A stretch of DNA of 64,000 nt, taken from assembly GCA_009914755.4 (NCBI GenBank), contig CP068257.2, positions 24,352,001-24,416,000 of the forward strand, given 5' to 3'. Below the pieces are notes generated by a model. The model saw only the letters and a program-made list of their open reading frames with translations, was not told where the DNA came from and did no database searches. Source of the DNA: the human T2T-CHM13v2.0 reference genome, Homo sapiens. The position numbers were made by a program, and so were the translations under genes. Of this stretch, positions 44,929 through 62,506 are shown one piece after another. Each line of letters starts with the position of its first letter. Positions within the stretch are counted from its first letter, which is position 1.

Positions 44929-46346
44929 CTACGCATTTTAAACAAGTCCACTGTAAACTTTACCGGCTTGATATGCATTTACACCAATTAGTCGTTTTGG
45001 AAGCAAATACCGTGATACAGATTATTGCAATTTTCCCCATGTTTGAGGTAAAGAAATAGGCTCAAAAAGATTATATATGAGGGTAAAGCACATTTTAAAC
45101 CTTTGAAGATATTTTTGAAGCAAAGATTATCTTATTTACTTACAAGTCTTTTCTTTCCTTGACTACTTGGATGCGTCTATTACACCTGGTTTCTGTTTCC
45201 ACCCAATGTCTTTTTAGGCAGGTTAGTTCTATCATCATGAAATCACTGTAAGTGCAATACTGCCCTTTCCTTCATGATGTCATTCATCTCTTTCCCAGTT
45301 TGTTATCTAACACGTATTAACATTTTAGTATCCAACTACATTAATCTCATGACTACTAGCATTGAAAGAACTGATAAAAAGATAAAAGCAAACCCTTACT
45401 GCCTGGTTTGACAATAAGTAACAGCTCTTCACAAAGGCTGGCAATTAGGTCACTAAGCAAAAAATCTTGGAAGACCAAATTCGACCAACAGCAAACAGTG
45501 GTCTCAAATGTAAAAGAAAACTTAGGTTATATGCTACGCTTACAATAGCAAATTATGTATACTGCTTGAATTACTATTGATCTAAATAAAATGGTGCTAT
45601 GCTATAAAGATTATTTTCAAATAATTTCTAATATCAAACTATACTTTTGAATACCCTTGGCAAATCTTTTCCAGAATTACACATTCCTAAAACAATGAGC
45701 CAATCCACAGGCACGTGTGGCCTACTATATGCTCAACATTCACTTCTCTTTAAAACAATTTACATGACAAAACAAAGTACAACAGTGAACATTCATCAGT
45801 TGCACCTTCAAATGTCTGACAACACAATCAGATGATCTGTGTGTCCTTTACTTATTAAATTGATAACAAATAGAAAATAAAATGTAGATCTGAAGGAAGC
45901 ACTTAATTTTTTTAATTTGCTCAATTGCAAAAAATTTATTTATATAAATATATAAAATGAATTGCTATATTAAAAGAATAATACAAATTAAAATACTATA
46001 AATAATAACTTGACTGCCTTACAAAATCAATTTGAGCTACTGTATTTACAGATTGAGTAATCCTTATCCAAACTGCCTGGGACCAGAAGTGTTTCAGATT
46101 TCAGATTTTTTTCAAATTTTGGGATATTTCCATACATATAAGATATGTTGGAGATGGGACCCAAGTATAAACATAAAATTCATTTATGTTTCAAAAATAC
46201 CTTATACACACAGCCTGAAGGCAATTTTATACAACATTTTAAATAATTTTTGTTTCAGAAAGGAAGTTTGTATACATTGAACACATAAAGTCACATAATT
46301 TTCTACGTTTGCTGTCATGTCAGTGCTCAAAACATTTTGGATTTTA

Positions 46347-46947
<601 letters not shown>

Positions 46948-48661
46948 TCACTCCATACAAAAATATATATTAAAAATTCAGGTGATCATGGCTTTGGCTA
47001 AGTGGCATTAGTCTACCACCTACAATTTTACATTGAAACACTGGGGATACTGCAAATGTTACCTAGTAAACTAAAAGTGTTACTTTGTAAACAGGGAGGG
47101 CAAAAAAGGAAGCTAGTTAGCTCCCACTTGGGACAGATTTTGTTCACTCTCTACCTCTACTCAAAGGAAATAGTTTGAACATCTCTAAATTATTTTCGTA
47201 ATAATTGCCTTCCTTCCAAAACAAACATGGACTTATAATTTTGCTGAGTTCCTTGTGGTAAGTTACTGGTACTAGTTTAAGCCACATGGCTCCCAAGTAA
47301 AGCCAACAGTTTTTGGCTTGATATGCTAATATGTAGATTTTGAGGCCACAGTAAAATTAATTAACTAATTAAAGGGTTATTTTTCCATGTCACAATGGAG
47401 AGTCCTATCTAAATTAGGGGTTTTACACTGAAGATACAAATATCCAGATGGTTTCAACAAGAAATTAATGTTTCGGTGTACTATTGCCAGAGACCAGTTA
47501 AAATCATAAGAATCTGTATTTTCTTCCTCTTTTCCTACTATTTTTAAGCCAGGGAATTTGTACAGTTTAATTAAAAGATACTGGAGGGAAGAAAAGAGTC
47601 CATGCATCAGTAGCTTAGGATCCTTAGCACTGAATAATCCAACCCTCCAAATAACTCTTACAAATGAATCCTACAGTATTTCTCATTCAGCAATATCCTG
47701 TTACTGGGGCAACCTGTGCCATTAGGTCTCAGTAAGCAGCACAGTCTCATTGCCAGATGTAGCTCAGACAGCAGCAACTCAAGCCCTGCACTACAGAGGC
47801 ATCTCCTCTTCCAGCCATCACCTGCTTGGAAACAAAAACAGACCCCACTGGTTTGGCCACACATCTGTAATCTGCTTAAGGCTATAAAAGTGTTTTGCTT
47901 TTCTTTTTGACATACATGTAGTCCAAGTTTATTCAATACAGGAATCGAGCATTTCTAATAAGACCTCAAAACTGGCAGCCAGTTCCCTCAAAAGAAAATG
48001 CAAGTTTCTGCTATTCTCCTATTCGTCATTTTCAAATGAGTTCTCCTATTTCAGTATAACAGTCAGAAAGCCTCACACAGTCCTGGAAGCTGCCAACCCA
48101 GCATTATGACAGCTGCTTCTCAAAGCCATGAGCCATTTCATTAAATCCACTCTTACTTGACTCATCCACTGGCAAAGATTTAAAGCTTTAATTTATCTTT
48201 TGTATGATTCACTTTGCGGCCCTCTAAAGTTGTTAGGTTTTTTTTCCTTGAGCATTTAATATCATTTCTCAAAATGCAATGCAGAAAGGCAGCTGAAAGA
48301 TTATATATTCAAAAACTTGTAACTCCAGAGATACAAATAAAAAGATATATAGTCAAATACAGCCTCTCTTTCTCTCTCACCTAATTTTAAAGACAAAGTA
48401 CTGAATAGACATAAATTCTCATGACAGCCTGAGCTCATCAGGTAAGGCTATGAATGTTTCAACATCACTAGCTAAGTGGAAGACGGCATGTGCATAATTT
48501 ATTACATGATTGAATGACAAGTTTTCACTAACTACAAATCATGTATTTGTGAAATGCACCATCTATAATACCATCTGGTTATTATTTTCTGAGAAAAGTT
48601 CTCAGAGCACAATGACCATAATTAAATTTGCTTTTGACTAGATGTAGCACTGTGCCACCTA

Positions 48662-49035
<374 letters not shown>

Positions 49036-49278
49036 TCACTTTAATATAGTATCTGGAACATATCAAATGCTCAAGAGGTTTAGTGCCCTTCATTACACTG
49101 GAGGAAAAAGGTGACATTTTGTACCTCTGCATGCTCAGATACAGTTTGTTTTTGAGTTGGAAATATTTCATACTTCATCTTTTCTTATTCTTACAATTTT
49201 CCTTTATTTATAATGTAGCCATCCCTCTTCTGCCCATGGAAATAATGAAACATGGGACCCATCATGCTATGTTATTAG

Positions 49279-49664
<386 letters not shown>

Positions 49665-50289
49665 TAGTTTTGGTGACACTATTAACCTTAAGTTAACATG
49701 ATGACGTAGGTGTATGTGTTTGATGTGAATGCCAATGTGATTCAACTCAAATACTTGTTGAGCACCTAACTACCTAACTTATAGAAAATTATGCCAAGTA
49801 TTTTCCTGCATCAGGTTGTACAGGCCTCATAATAAATGTAAATTCTTGGTAAGTAGGATAGGCTGTTAACCTTTAGAATACCATCAGGGTCTTTGGACAC
49901 AATTTTACCTTTTGAGTTTCTGAGCACTTCTAACTACTTGTGGGGCTTGATATTTCTCACTTTTATCCATTCATAGAGAAAAAGAAAATTTTAATCGACT
50001 AAAACTCATTCTAGCTTGTACTTAACCATGAGTCTGAGATATGGTATGAACCTCGATCTTTTTCCTATATTGTGTTCCTATGTTACAAAATATTTATCAT
50101 CCGAAGAATTATTTCATCATTAGCCATCAACTATTTAAAAACTGTGCTAAAGAAGACAAAATAATATGAGCATGAAAGAATGATATAATTGCCTAGAAAG
50201 GTGATGCAATAGGGAAATTATCACATTTTTATTGCTGTGTTCCCAAAGTACTGCATCATCTTTCAAGATGGTTTAAAAAAAGTCTGCAT

Positions 50290-50430
50290 AGTCCCAGCTA
50301 CTTGGGATGTTGAGGCATGAGGATCACTTGAGCCCAGGAGTTTGCAGCTGTAATGCACCATACTCACACCAGTGAATAGCCACTGCGCTCAAGTCTGGGC
50401 AACAGAGTGAGGTCCCATCTCTTTAAAAAG
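50290..50430 (+). mobile_element. Alu monomer (FRAM-like).
   Basis: gtcccagctacttgggatgttgaggcatgaggatcacttgagcccaggagtttgcagctgtaatgcaccatactcacaccagtgaatagccactgcgctcaagtctgggcaacagagtgaggtcccatctc. Confidence 0.7.
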
Positions 50431-50654
50431 CATGATAAAAAGAAGTCTGGAGACTCACTGAATATAGTCAAAAATCATCTTCCACATATTGGCAAATAGG
50501 AACAACTGACAGAAGGAGGCATTTTACCAATTAGATAAACCAGAAGAAGAATGAAATTGATCACGTAAGTAAAACCTTAGGCTATGAGCCTTCACATGAT
50601 ATCCTAGATGAATTTTCTCAAGCTCAAGAATTGACAAGTGAGCAATGTATTTCT

Positions 50655-50957
<303 letters not shown>

Positions 50958-51951
50958 GAGCAATGTATTTCTAAGAATAAAAAGAAAATATGGTATTCTC
51001 ATCCACTTAGTCATTCAACAGGAAGGATATCATCACTCAATATTATGTGACAAAAACATTAACCATCATTGCTAAAATGATGTGACAGTATTCCTTGCCA
51101 TTTTATGATGCTTATGCAACACATTTTATGTCTGTGCAACACATTTATTTGATACCATTAGGAAGTGGACAAATGCCCAAGGCAGGAATCTCTCTAAGGT
51201 GATTAGAAGAGATAATGCAGAAAAAAAGGGGGAAAAAAAGACTGGCTTGATCATTTTAATAGCTGTTTACAAATCCAAACTTGAAAACATTTTATTCCTG
51301 AGGGAAGATGGCTATATTCTCTCTTCAATAAAATTATGAGCTGTCAATGTTTTAAATATCTTAAATTTTTACAATAATTAAATGAAATTGCAAGTATAAA
51401 AAAAAAAGACCAAGAAATATGATGAACCTAATAGAGATGTATTTGAAATGTAGAACCAGTATTTGTAAGACGGATATATTTCAGGTTCGTGCATGGCAGG
51501 TGATTAGCAGCTAGCTGCATTCCAAAGGATAATGCTCATTTCAGAAATCCATACCTTCAAAACTGGGAAAATACAGAATAAACATGTGGGTTTACCATAT
51601 TTAAATTCTTCGTAAAATTAAAATATTTACTATGTTAACTCTTATTAAAATTGCTAATAGTTATTTCTCACTATTCCTTTATTCTTAGTTCTGTAAATTG
51701 TTTACCAAATAATCTAAAAATATGAAACAATAATAATATAAACGGCCCACTGTATCTAGATAGTCAATGGTGCTGGCCTGGTTTTCTGGTGTAGTTAGAG
51801 GGCAAGGTGACGTCTTGCCATATGTGACACTCCAGCAATCACCAGAACTGATGAAGTTTAAACTGGGTTCAATACGGAATTGTATATTCCAATGCACGCA
51901 CACCTGCATACATGGCCATACGCACCCACACAAGCCACCCCGAGCTGTATT

Positions 51952-52300
51952 AGTTCATTTGCATGTTGCCGATAAAGGCATACCTGAGACTGGGTAATTT
52001 ACAGAAGAAAGAGGTTTAACTGGACTTACAGTTCCACATGGCTGGGGAAGCCTCACAATCACGGTGGAAGGCAAGGAGGAGCAAGTCATGTCTTACATGT
52101 ATGGCAGCAGGCAAAGAGAGAGAACTTGTGCAGGGGAACCCCTCTTTTTAAAACCATCAGATCTCGTGAGACTTATTCACTTCACAGGAACAGCATGGGA
52201 AAGACTTGCCCCCATGATTCAATTGCCTCCCACCGAGTCCCTTCCACAACACATGGGAATTCAAGAAGAGATCTGGGTGGGAAAAAAGCCAAAACATATC
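51952..52300 (-). mobile_element. MaLR solo LTR (THE1/MST family), in the same orientation as APP.
   Basis: The reverse complement ends ...ctgtaagtccagttaaacctctttcttctgtaaattacccagtctcaggtatgcctttatcggcaacatgcaaatgaactaa and begins tgatatgttttggcttttttcccacccagatctcttcttgaattcccatgtgttgtggaagggac. Confidence 0.8.
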
Positions 52301-52329
52301 ACTGCCCCCCAAACCAGAGAGTAACATTA

Positions 52330-52584
<255 letters not shown>

Positions 52585-54102
52585 TTAATGAAAATAAGAC
52601 ACGGTCAAAAGGAATCACTCCTCCAGATCTTAAGCAGCTCTTTAAAAAAAAAATGTTCAAAGAAATAGAAAAAAAAAATCATCTAATTATCCAGAAAGAT
52701 ACATCAAGTTACCTCTCAGCACACGCTCACCAGTGTCTGCAAACCTAAACCTAAAAGAATACATCGATAATTAAAGATTGTTTCTTAAAAAAAATGTGAG
52801 TACCTCCTCTGCAAGAGGAAAAGTGTGACTCTACAACAATTAGAGGGTCTTCTAACATTTCATTTGCTTTACGAATTCAGCAACCCCCATGGACCACTGG
52901 GTTCAATCAGATTCTGCAGTTCCAGGTGAGGAGCAGCTCTGCCTCCAGGGCTAGGCTGCCTACCTGGCTAGTCTTACAAGTTAGCTTTCCAAATGAATTT
53001 TCCCATGGAAAAAAATCTTACCCACGATGGCTGGAGTCTGTGTATTATTAACATTATGTACGTAATTATTATTATTAACATTATGCTACATAATGTTAGT
53101 AACAGTCTGGATTATGCTACATTACAGACTGCATAAATAGGTATTTTGAGGTGATCTGAGAATATGACCATTACAACACTGGAGAAAAATATACTCGGTA
53201 ATTTACACATAAATTTCTGAAACACTACCTGTTTTGCCTATGTTAAAGATTTACCTCTTTTTCATACCTCTTTTTCAATGAGGTCATAAAACAGAGCTCA
53301 TCCTACAAGGAATGTTTCTCTAAATGCCCCATTAGCGATAGAAAAACACTCATCTTCTATCAAAACAAGCCTCATTAACTACCAAACAACAAAATACTGT
53401 GAATCAAATATTGTTTCCAGGAAAATGGTAGCTCGTTTCTCCTTCTTCAAGAATTGTCACGTAGCATCCCCTGAAGATGTTTTAAGTCAGGTACGTTAAA
53501 CTTCTATTCTGATTTTACATTTCAAGTGTCAAAAGGAGGGCTGGTTCCTGGAACAAGGAGGCTGCCAGTTGGCAGGAGCCCACCTTGTGTGTGGATCAGT
53601 GATGCAACACCTTTCTGGTTTTGTCCACATGAAAGAAGCCCTGCCCGCCTGCAGGGCTACAGGAAAAGAAGTTAAAAAATAAAATGGTGCAAGTGACCTG
53701 ATATACTAATTATACTGAATCCAAACCAATTTTTTTAAATTTTAAAAACAAGAATAGTTAAAAACAATAATAAAAATTCAGTGGCTCAGCCTTAGAAAAC
53801 ATTACTAGGTTATACAAACCGTCTGTCTTAATGGAAAAATAAAGAGTGATAAGAAATTTCAAGTCATCCAGGAACTACACTGTCCAAATATAGTAGTCAC
53901 CAGCCACATGTAACTATCAAACACAGTGTGTGGCTAGTATGAATTGAGACGTGCTGTTAAATGTTAAAAGAAGTGTTAAGACTTCTTACGAAAGAAAGAA
54001 ACATAAAAAAAGAATGTGAACTATCTTATTAAATTTTTCATATTGGTCACATGATATTTCAGATATACTGGATTAAATAAAATGTTGTTAAAATTAAATT
54101 CA

Positions 54103-54485
<383 letters not shown>

Positions 54486-57117
54486 TTAGACAGTTCTTTG
54501 CTAAAAGATGGGAGGCTCTATAACAGGGCCTATAGAAAAAAAAAGGCAAAAAAATTTCATAATGTTTTAAGAAAGTTTATGAATTTGTGTTGGTCCGCAT
54601 TCAAAGTCGTCCTGGGCAGTGGGCTGGATAAGCTTTCTACAATATCCAATCGTGGACCATGAAGTCCTTACCAAAAGCTATGAAAAAAAATTTAAAATAT
54701 ACAATTTACTTTGTCTAATATTTATTGAGGACCTATGTGCAAGACATACCAGACACATAAACTATAGTTTGGATTCTAACAGATAAAAAGAGATATGACT
54801 ACAATTAATTGGAAGATAAGTTATGGTCTTATAAGAAAAAGGTAAAGCAAGGGTAGTATAGCAGAGCAAGGCACCTGTAAAGACTTGTAAAGGCTGCATC
54901 TTTTCAGGTGAACATTTATAAATATATAGATTTTGACGGGTCATAAGAAGTGGCACTTTAGAGTTGACAAATATCTTTATCATACATTAACCCCATTTGA
55001 CAAAAAAAGGAAAAATATTTCAGATGGGGCAGAACGGTGGGAATGAAAGCCTAGAGAAAGAAAAGGTCAATGGTTTTAGGATGCCAGGAGAGTCACATAC
55101 ATGTATAAGGCTGAAAATGCAGGCTGAAGCCATGTAAGAGACTTCTGAATGCCCTGCAAGAGAATTTGGACTTTTCTACAGGTAGAATAAACCATCAAAT
55201 ATTTCCTACCAACTGTCAACAGGATTAAAAACACATAGTAGAAAGATAGTAACACATGGGAAAGAATTATCTGGGAGGAGGGTGGATGAAGCCTGGGGGT
55301 GTGGGGGAGAGGGAGACTGAAAATGCAAGAAAGGGAGAGGAGATGATTGAGAGTCCAGCAGAACATAATCATAAAAGGGAAGACAGGAAACAAAGGGATA
55401 GAAGAAGGTACAAGAGTTGCTGAAGTACAGGAGAAAATTCAATGGTTTATTCAACAAACACGTACTGGGCACCTACCAAATGTCAGGTACCATGTTGCAG
55501 AAATTCACAATGGATGACGGTGGAGGGGTCATCTGTAGAGCATGAGAGAGAGTTACGCTGGGAACCAAGGAGAATGAAGTTGGGCTGGATCAACTGCTAT
55601 GGGGAAGATGATAGGTCATCAAGACAGAGATAATTAGGTGCATCTAGTAACATTAAGATCCCAGCTGATGTTACAGCATGAATAAGAAATGGAATTAAGT
55701 GGTAAGGTTACATGACTTGATACTTTAGAAATCCCAGAAGCAACTAAAGAAAGAAATTAATTTTTCCTAGCTATGGAGAATTGACAAAAATATGTTTAGA
55801 AAATGTGAAGGGTTTCAGCCAAGTCAAGGATGTTCAATGGAATAGGTAAGAATGGTTATCCATTGATTCCATCCTGATTAGAAAGGCAGGCAGGGAAAAA
55901 GAGGATAATGGACTAAAAGCCTGAACTGGGGAGGTGATTATGAGGGAAGATCATGATCAGAGAGGAATATCAAAGCTATAAACCTTATGGTACTATTTCT
56001 AAGGAATTTCAGAGTCTAAAGCATGACTGTGTTCAGGTACTGAAATGGGATGTAAATGAAGGTAACTAGGAAGGAGCTGGCTAGCATTTCAACTGAATAT
56101 CAACCTGGATAGTGACATCATCACTGAAGACTGTAATTGGTGGGGGTAACCATATGACCCAGTTTGCCTGGATCCTTCAGTTTATGACTGTGGTCCCAGT
56201 GTTCTAGCTGATATAGACAATAAACTCTATGGGGGCCCTAGTAGCAGATTACACCAGAAATTAAAAGAAAAAAAAACAAGCATCCTGTAGTTTGCCGATT
56301 ATAAACTTACAACTCCTATTGAATGTGCTGTTTGGAAATCTGTAGCTCTAGGGAACATCTAAGAGAATACTGAAGGAATAAGATAAGTGATACAATCATC
56401 ACCCTTCGGGGGATGAGACAGCATAAAATCAATGCCTGAACCAGATGGCATTTCCAACCCAAAGATTCTCATTTTATAATTTTATGATTTGAATATAGAT
56501 GTTTGCCTTCAGTTAAGAATGAGAATCAGGTAAGAAGTAACGGGACTAAGCTCCCTAAGAAAAAGAGGCGAAAATAGGTTTCTTTACAATCAACAAATCA
56601 AAGGTAGTTAAAAAAAATTAACAAGCATTTATTAATGCCTTTGACTTCCACTATGAAGGAAAAGAAATGATAAAAGGCCAAAAAAAAACCCTTACACATC
56701 CACACAGAGAACGCCCAAAATCTCAAACCAAACCTTTAACGAAAATTCACCTTAAACTAATGACTGACAATCCCAGAGAGCATTTAAAAATATTTTTAAA
56801 TTAATGACCAAAACAGAACGCCATTATTATTTCAACTCCCTGTTAGAACTACCAGTAACCTATGATAGTTATCAGTGGGATTTTGATCCCAAGTTTAATA
56901 TTAAATAGTTAAAATTAACTCTGTGATGGGTGACTGATATTATTAATTCAACAGGATGCCATAAAAATTCATAGTTCAGATTTTTGCATAACAGCAGACT
57001 CTGATGGGAGTGGGCAGAGACCTTTTCAGTGATAAACAGAAAGATTAATTTACAGGATACAAATACTCCATACAAGATGTTTCAGCATCTCTGAGGCTGA
57101 ACACAAAGGCCACCTTA

Positions 57118-57312
<195 letters not shown>

Positions 57313-58307
57313 CTACAAAGTGTAAGGAGAAAACAGTGAGTGGTAGAGTAGATGTGTTTCATTGTAAGAAAACTCCACATAAAATAATCAACATGCAGAC
57401 CCAATATATTAGGAACCAATTTCACAAAGGAAAAGATTATTTGCTTTTTGAGTGAATTTACAACAGGATTTTTTTTAGCATGGGTTACACTTTGGTACTC
57501 TTTTTATTCTTGTTTATTATTTATTTAATAAGACCACGATGTTATATAATAGAGGTTTATACGAACAACTGGAATGGAAACTAATTGGGAAATAAGATGT
57601 AGCAGTCTCCACTGGTGAACAGATACCAGAGAATTAATGCCTTCTGGCTTAATTCGTGTATCCAGAAATTGTGCGCATTCCAGGTAGATCCCCAGCTCAC
57701 TCCTACCTCCCTTACAGATGGAAGTTTATCTCACATGGACCTGCCTTATCCTAGAAATTCTGACTCTCTTGGTTCACTTTCAGAGTAACAATCCTGGGAA
57801 GAGAAGAAATTATCCCCTGCAGCCACTAAGAATCAGAACTTACAGTCATTAGAGATTTCTCCTTGAATGTCTTTTTGCTTTTCTGGGATTTGCTAAATTT
57901 GCACAAATCTAGATTAGCATAAAGTTCTGAGAGCATCCACTAGTGATAAATGAAGGATGAATAATTCAAGACATAAAGGTAGACAATGAAAATATTACAG
58001 ACTGTATTTTGACCTTATGGGAGTCATTTCCGTTTCTTAGAGACAAAGGATTTTTCTTTTGAAAACACAGAAGGAATAAAAAATGAGGTTATCAAATAGG
58101 TAGCTGGACTTCAAATTATTTGGTTTGTTTTCTTAAACTCAGCAAGCTCTTAAACCTCCAAAACACATTTTTACATAAAAAACATTTTATTCTACAGTGG
58201 ATCCAAATATACTATTTTATAAGAGGCATAAAATAATACTAAATCTTCAGTGGTATTTTCTGTCTAACAGCTATAAAGCTATGATACAATGGTTAAGCTA
58301 AGCTAGA

Positions 58308-58530
58308 TCAGATTTCTCAACCCCAGCACTATTGATGTTTTGGACTGCCTAATTCTTGGGGGTGGCGGGTGGTTATCCTGTTGACTGTAGGATGTTTAGC
58401 AGAATCTCTGGCCTCTGGGCACTATCAGATGCCAGTAACACCACTCCCTCAAGCTGTAATAACAAAAAATGTCTCCAGACATGTTCCGGTGAGGGACAGG
58501 GGATCAAAATTGACTCAAGTGAAGCACTAT
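58308..58530. mobile_element. Third copy of the MER-type DNA-transposon relic, in inverted orientation relative to the other two.
   Basis: ttctcaaccccagcactattgatgttttggactgcctaattcttggggg...ctgtaggatgtttagcagaatctctggcctctgggcactatcagatgccagtaacacc...aaaaatgtctccagacatgttcc... Confidence 0.55.
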
Positions 58531-59099
58531 GAGCTAGATAAAGGAGCCTAATTCTAGTTAGCCTAAGACTGATCTTGCCACAAATAAACTATATAAATTT
58601 ATTAGAAAAACTATCAAAGGGACACAGCAGCTGTGAAGGTGGTCTTACCACACAGTGACCTTTTCATGCTAAGTATCTTACATCTTTTATTGGCTTAGCC
58701 AAAAGCAGAGGTTAACCAAGTGCTCGGTCAGACTCACCCTGTGGAAAAATCAAGATGGTAGGCATGGCCTGCTGAATATAAAACTGGATGGTATAACTGA
58801 GAAACTGAATTCTAACTGGAGCTTTCAGGCTGGTATAAAAAAGCTACTTCACTGTTCTACCACTGTATTCACTAATAGATAACAGGGGAAAAGGCTAAAT
58901 TATTAAAAAATTGTATATGACAAAAGAAAACAACAGGTGCATAAAAATAATCTGAAGGGTAAACTTTAAAGTTATAACTATTAGAGATTATATTTTTAAG
59001 TTATAAGGCATGGCACAGACAACTTATATTTTTAAGTTGCGAAACACGGCACAGGCACATAATGAATCTAGTTCAACTGGCCCTATTTTTGACTTTTTA

Positions 59100-59215
59100 A
59101 AAATATTCATGGATGGGGAGGCTGCGCATGTGTGGGGACAGGGGGTACACGGGAACTCTATTTTCTGTTCGATTTTGCTGTGAACCTAAAATCACTCTAA
59201 AAACTAAAATCTGGG
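59100..59215 (+). mobile_element. Short ancient L1 (L1M) 3'-terminal fragment in intron 4.
   Basis: atggatggggaggctgcgcatgtgtggggacagggggtacacgggaactctattttctgttcgattttgctgtgaacctaaaatcactctaaaaactaaaatctg. Confidence 0.65.
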
Positions 59216-59320
59216 TTACGGATAGTAGCACTGGGTTTTTTTCTTAAATAACTTATCAACATAGCTGTTGCCTCAAAATACCCCTAAAATGCCATTAAGC
59301 ACGTCCCCAGGAAATCTTCA

Positions 59321-59506
<186 letters not shown>

Positions 59507-61532
59507 TCACAGTGTTCTTACCGCAGAAGACATCAAGGAAAGATAGACTTCAAGACAAGTTAAACAGCCTTTTAATGCCTAAGCAACCCAATCAAGACCC
59601 TACTACCTTTAGAATGTTACGTCTGGCCTCCTTAAGCAACTCCGTTTCTTGCCACTTCAAGTTTGATGGTTAAAATAATGCCTAAATGCTGCAAGTGAAA
59701 TTGTCCCTTAATTAATCTGAATTTCTTGCTTCAAAATTAATCCTAAAAAAGCTGCTTAACTAGAGAACCAATTACCATTCTACTACAACAGGGGAGTAAA
59801 ATATAAATATTGACATTGTCTAGGTAAGCATTTGAGCAGAATCAATATAAATCCCTACTTTTCTTTCTTGGACATTTTAATCTGCTTGTAAGTAACAGAA
59901 ATTTTAGCATTTTTCTACTTCCTAAGCAAAAAACCCAAAAGTGTATTTTATATATATGTTTACATAACACACATAAGAGAGAGAGAGTTTAATTCAGTTT
60001 ATTCTGAAAACTGTCCCTCAGACTTTTGTTAAATCTTTAAAGAAAATGTATATTATGCAAATTATTTCTAGGCATTTCTGGTATTGAAGATATAAAGATA
60101 TTACATAAAGTCCTACATGAACTCAGTCTAATGAAGGTAAAAGATGGATAATTACCACATTATATGTAAGCTGTAAACTTAATTTTTGTTTACTGCAATA
60201 TTCCCAGCTTTTAGCACAGATTCTTGCACATAGTAGGCAATAAATATCTGTTAATGAATGAACAAGTTAAATTCTGTAATAGAGATAAGGAAAGTGTCAG
60301 GCCAGTATCTTGGGTGCAGTGGGAAAAACCTCAAAGAAGAAACAATATTCGAGATGAATCTGAATGGTGAGAAGTAGTATGCCACATGGGAAATGAATTG
60401 AACTTCCATAACGTAAGGATAGACTCTGTCTTGCTTGCCATTATACCCCCACAATTCCTGGCCTAGTTCTGTCAAACATCAAGAACTCTATTATAGAATC
60501 CAAATGGATGGATGGATGGGTAGCAAAAGACCCTTCAAAATGAGGGAGCCTCCTGTGCAAAGACAGAGTAAAGAACCAGCAAGGCATATTTGCAGCCCAT
60601 CTGGATATGGGTGGAAGCAGAAAGCAAGTGGCAAAGGGAGTCCAGAAGGAAGTAGCACTGGGGAAGCATGCTGGACTCCAATTTTAAAGAGGCTTAGGTT
60701 TTGGATGCCATTTTGGAAGAAGCAACATAGGCCAAAAGTTTTTTTTTTTTTTTTTTTTTTTTTAAGATAGACTCTATAATTAAGTGAAGGATAGATCAGC
60801 ATAGTGAAACCATGAAAGCAGGGAGACCACCAAGTAGGTCACTGTGGTCCTTCAGGCAAAACATGCAAGAATAGACATAAACCCACAACTCCCACGGAGC
60901 AAGGAATACAGATCGTCCACACAGCAGCAAAGACAGGAATGAATGTCTTTCTTTCATAGTACGCTATAGGGCATTTTCTGAAATGCAACATAAAGAGGGA
61001 TTAAAAGCCCTAAGAAGGGGAAGGAAGTAACTTTTCATTCTCATAAAAGGGTTTAAACTTTAGTCTGTTTCTAGCTCAAACATGTAAGATGTAGCATGAT
61101 ACTGAAGTACTTATTTCAATAAGTACTATTTAGATAAAAATCTAAGCAAATCATAGGGGAGAATAAGCACTGTATCTTGTCATTCCTTAAATCTTTAAAA
61201 TGATCAATGATGCCCATAGCAGTATAGTGTGTGTTGCAGGGAATGCAAAAATTATGAGACATGGTACCCCAAAGGCTGCAGGTGTCACTTTGCAGGGAAG
61301 AAACCAGTGAGTACTGAGCACACACCCCATGCAGCTCCACAGGGCCACATCACGGGTTCTTTTATAAACCTCACTTCCCAGGGGAGGAATCTCCGCCAAG
61401 AAACCTAAGGCTACCTAACTCAGGAGATTATAACCTAGCCCCAGAGATAAGCATTAAGATATAAATTATAAGGAAAGAAATAACATGATAATGCAAATGA
61501 TACCACATTTCTCTTTTACATAGAATGATATA

Positions 61533-61565
61533 AAACAAAACAAAACAAAACAAAAACAAAAAACA
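61533..61565. repeat. (CAAAA)n simple repeat.
   Basis: aaaacaaaacaaaacaaaacaaaaacaaaaaacac. Confidence 0.85.
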
Positions 61566-62164
61566 CAAGAAGACCTGGAGAATGGAAAGTAAAGGTAATC
61601 TCATCCAAAACAAATACACCATTCCCAGGTGGATTTCTCAGGGTTTCTGAGGGCTCTCAGGGTTTCTGAGGTCAGGGACTAACCCTAGCTGCTTGGAAGA
61701 ATACCTGATATCTGAGGCATCCCAATTTTCTAGGTTACAGGAGGCCAGAAGTACCCTATGGCCTGAAGATGCCCACCTCATCTGTCAGCTCTGCTCAGTC
61801 ATATTTGCAAATGTCCAAACTAAGAAGTGATGCTTTTCTATTTGACAAGTAACTACTGGAAAGATTAAATGCCTGTCATGTACAAATAGGTCAAAGAGTT
61901 TAAAAAATCTAATGCTGGCCCAAAGCTACTAAATCAGTTCGTGAGAAGAGCCAGAGCAGGTATCAGATACACTCGACCTTGGCCTGCAAGAGTTCTTGGG
62001 GGCATAAATCAGACAGTAAGTGCCAAACCACAAAACCAAATCATCTTGTTTTATCTGCCCTTAGTCAATCTGCTGACGACTAGATTATAATGCAAAGCTA
62101 AAGTTACCAAAACATATTTACTTATTCACCAAAAGGACATGTACTGCATTAATCTTTTTGTTTG

Positions 62165-62506
<342 letters not shown>
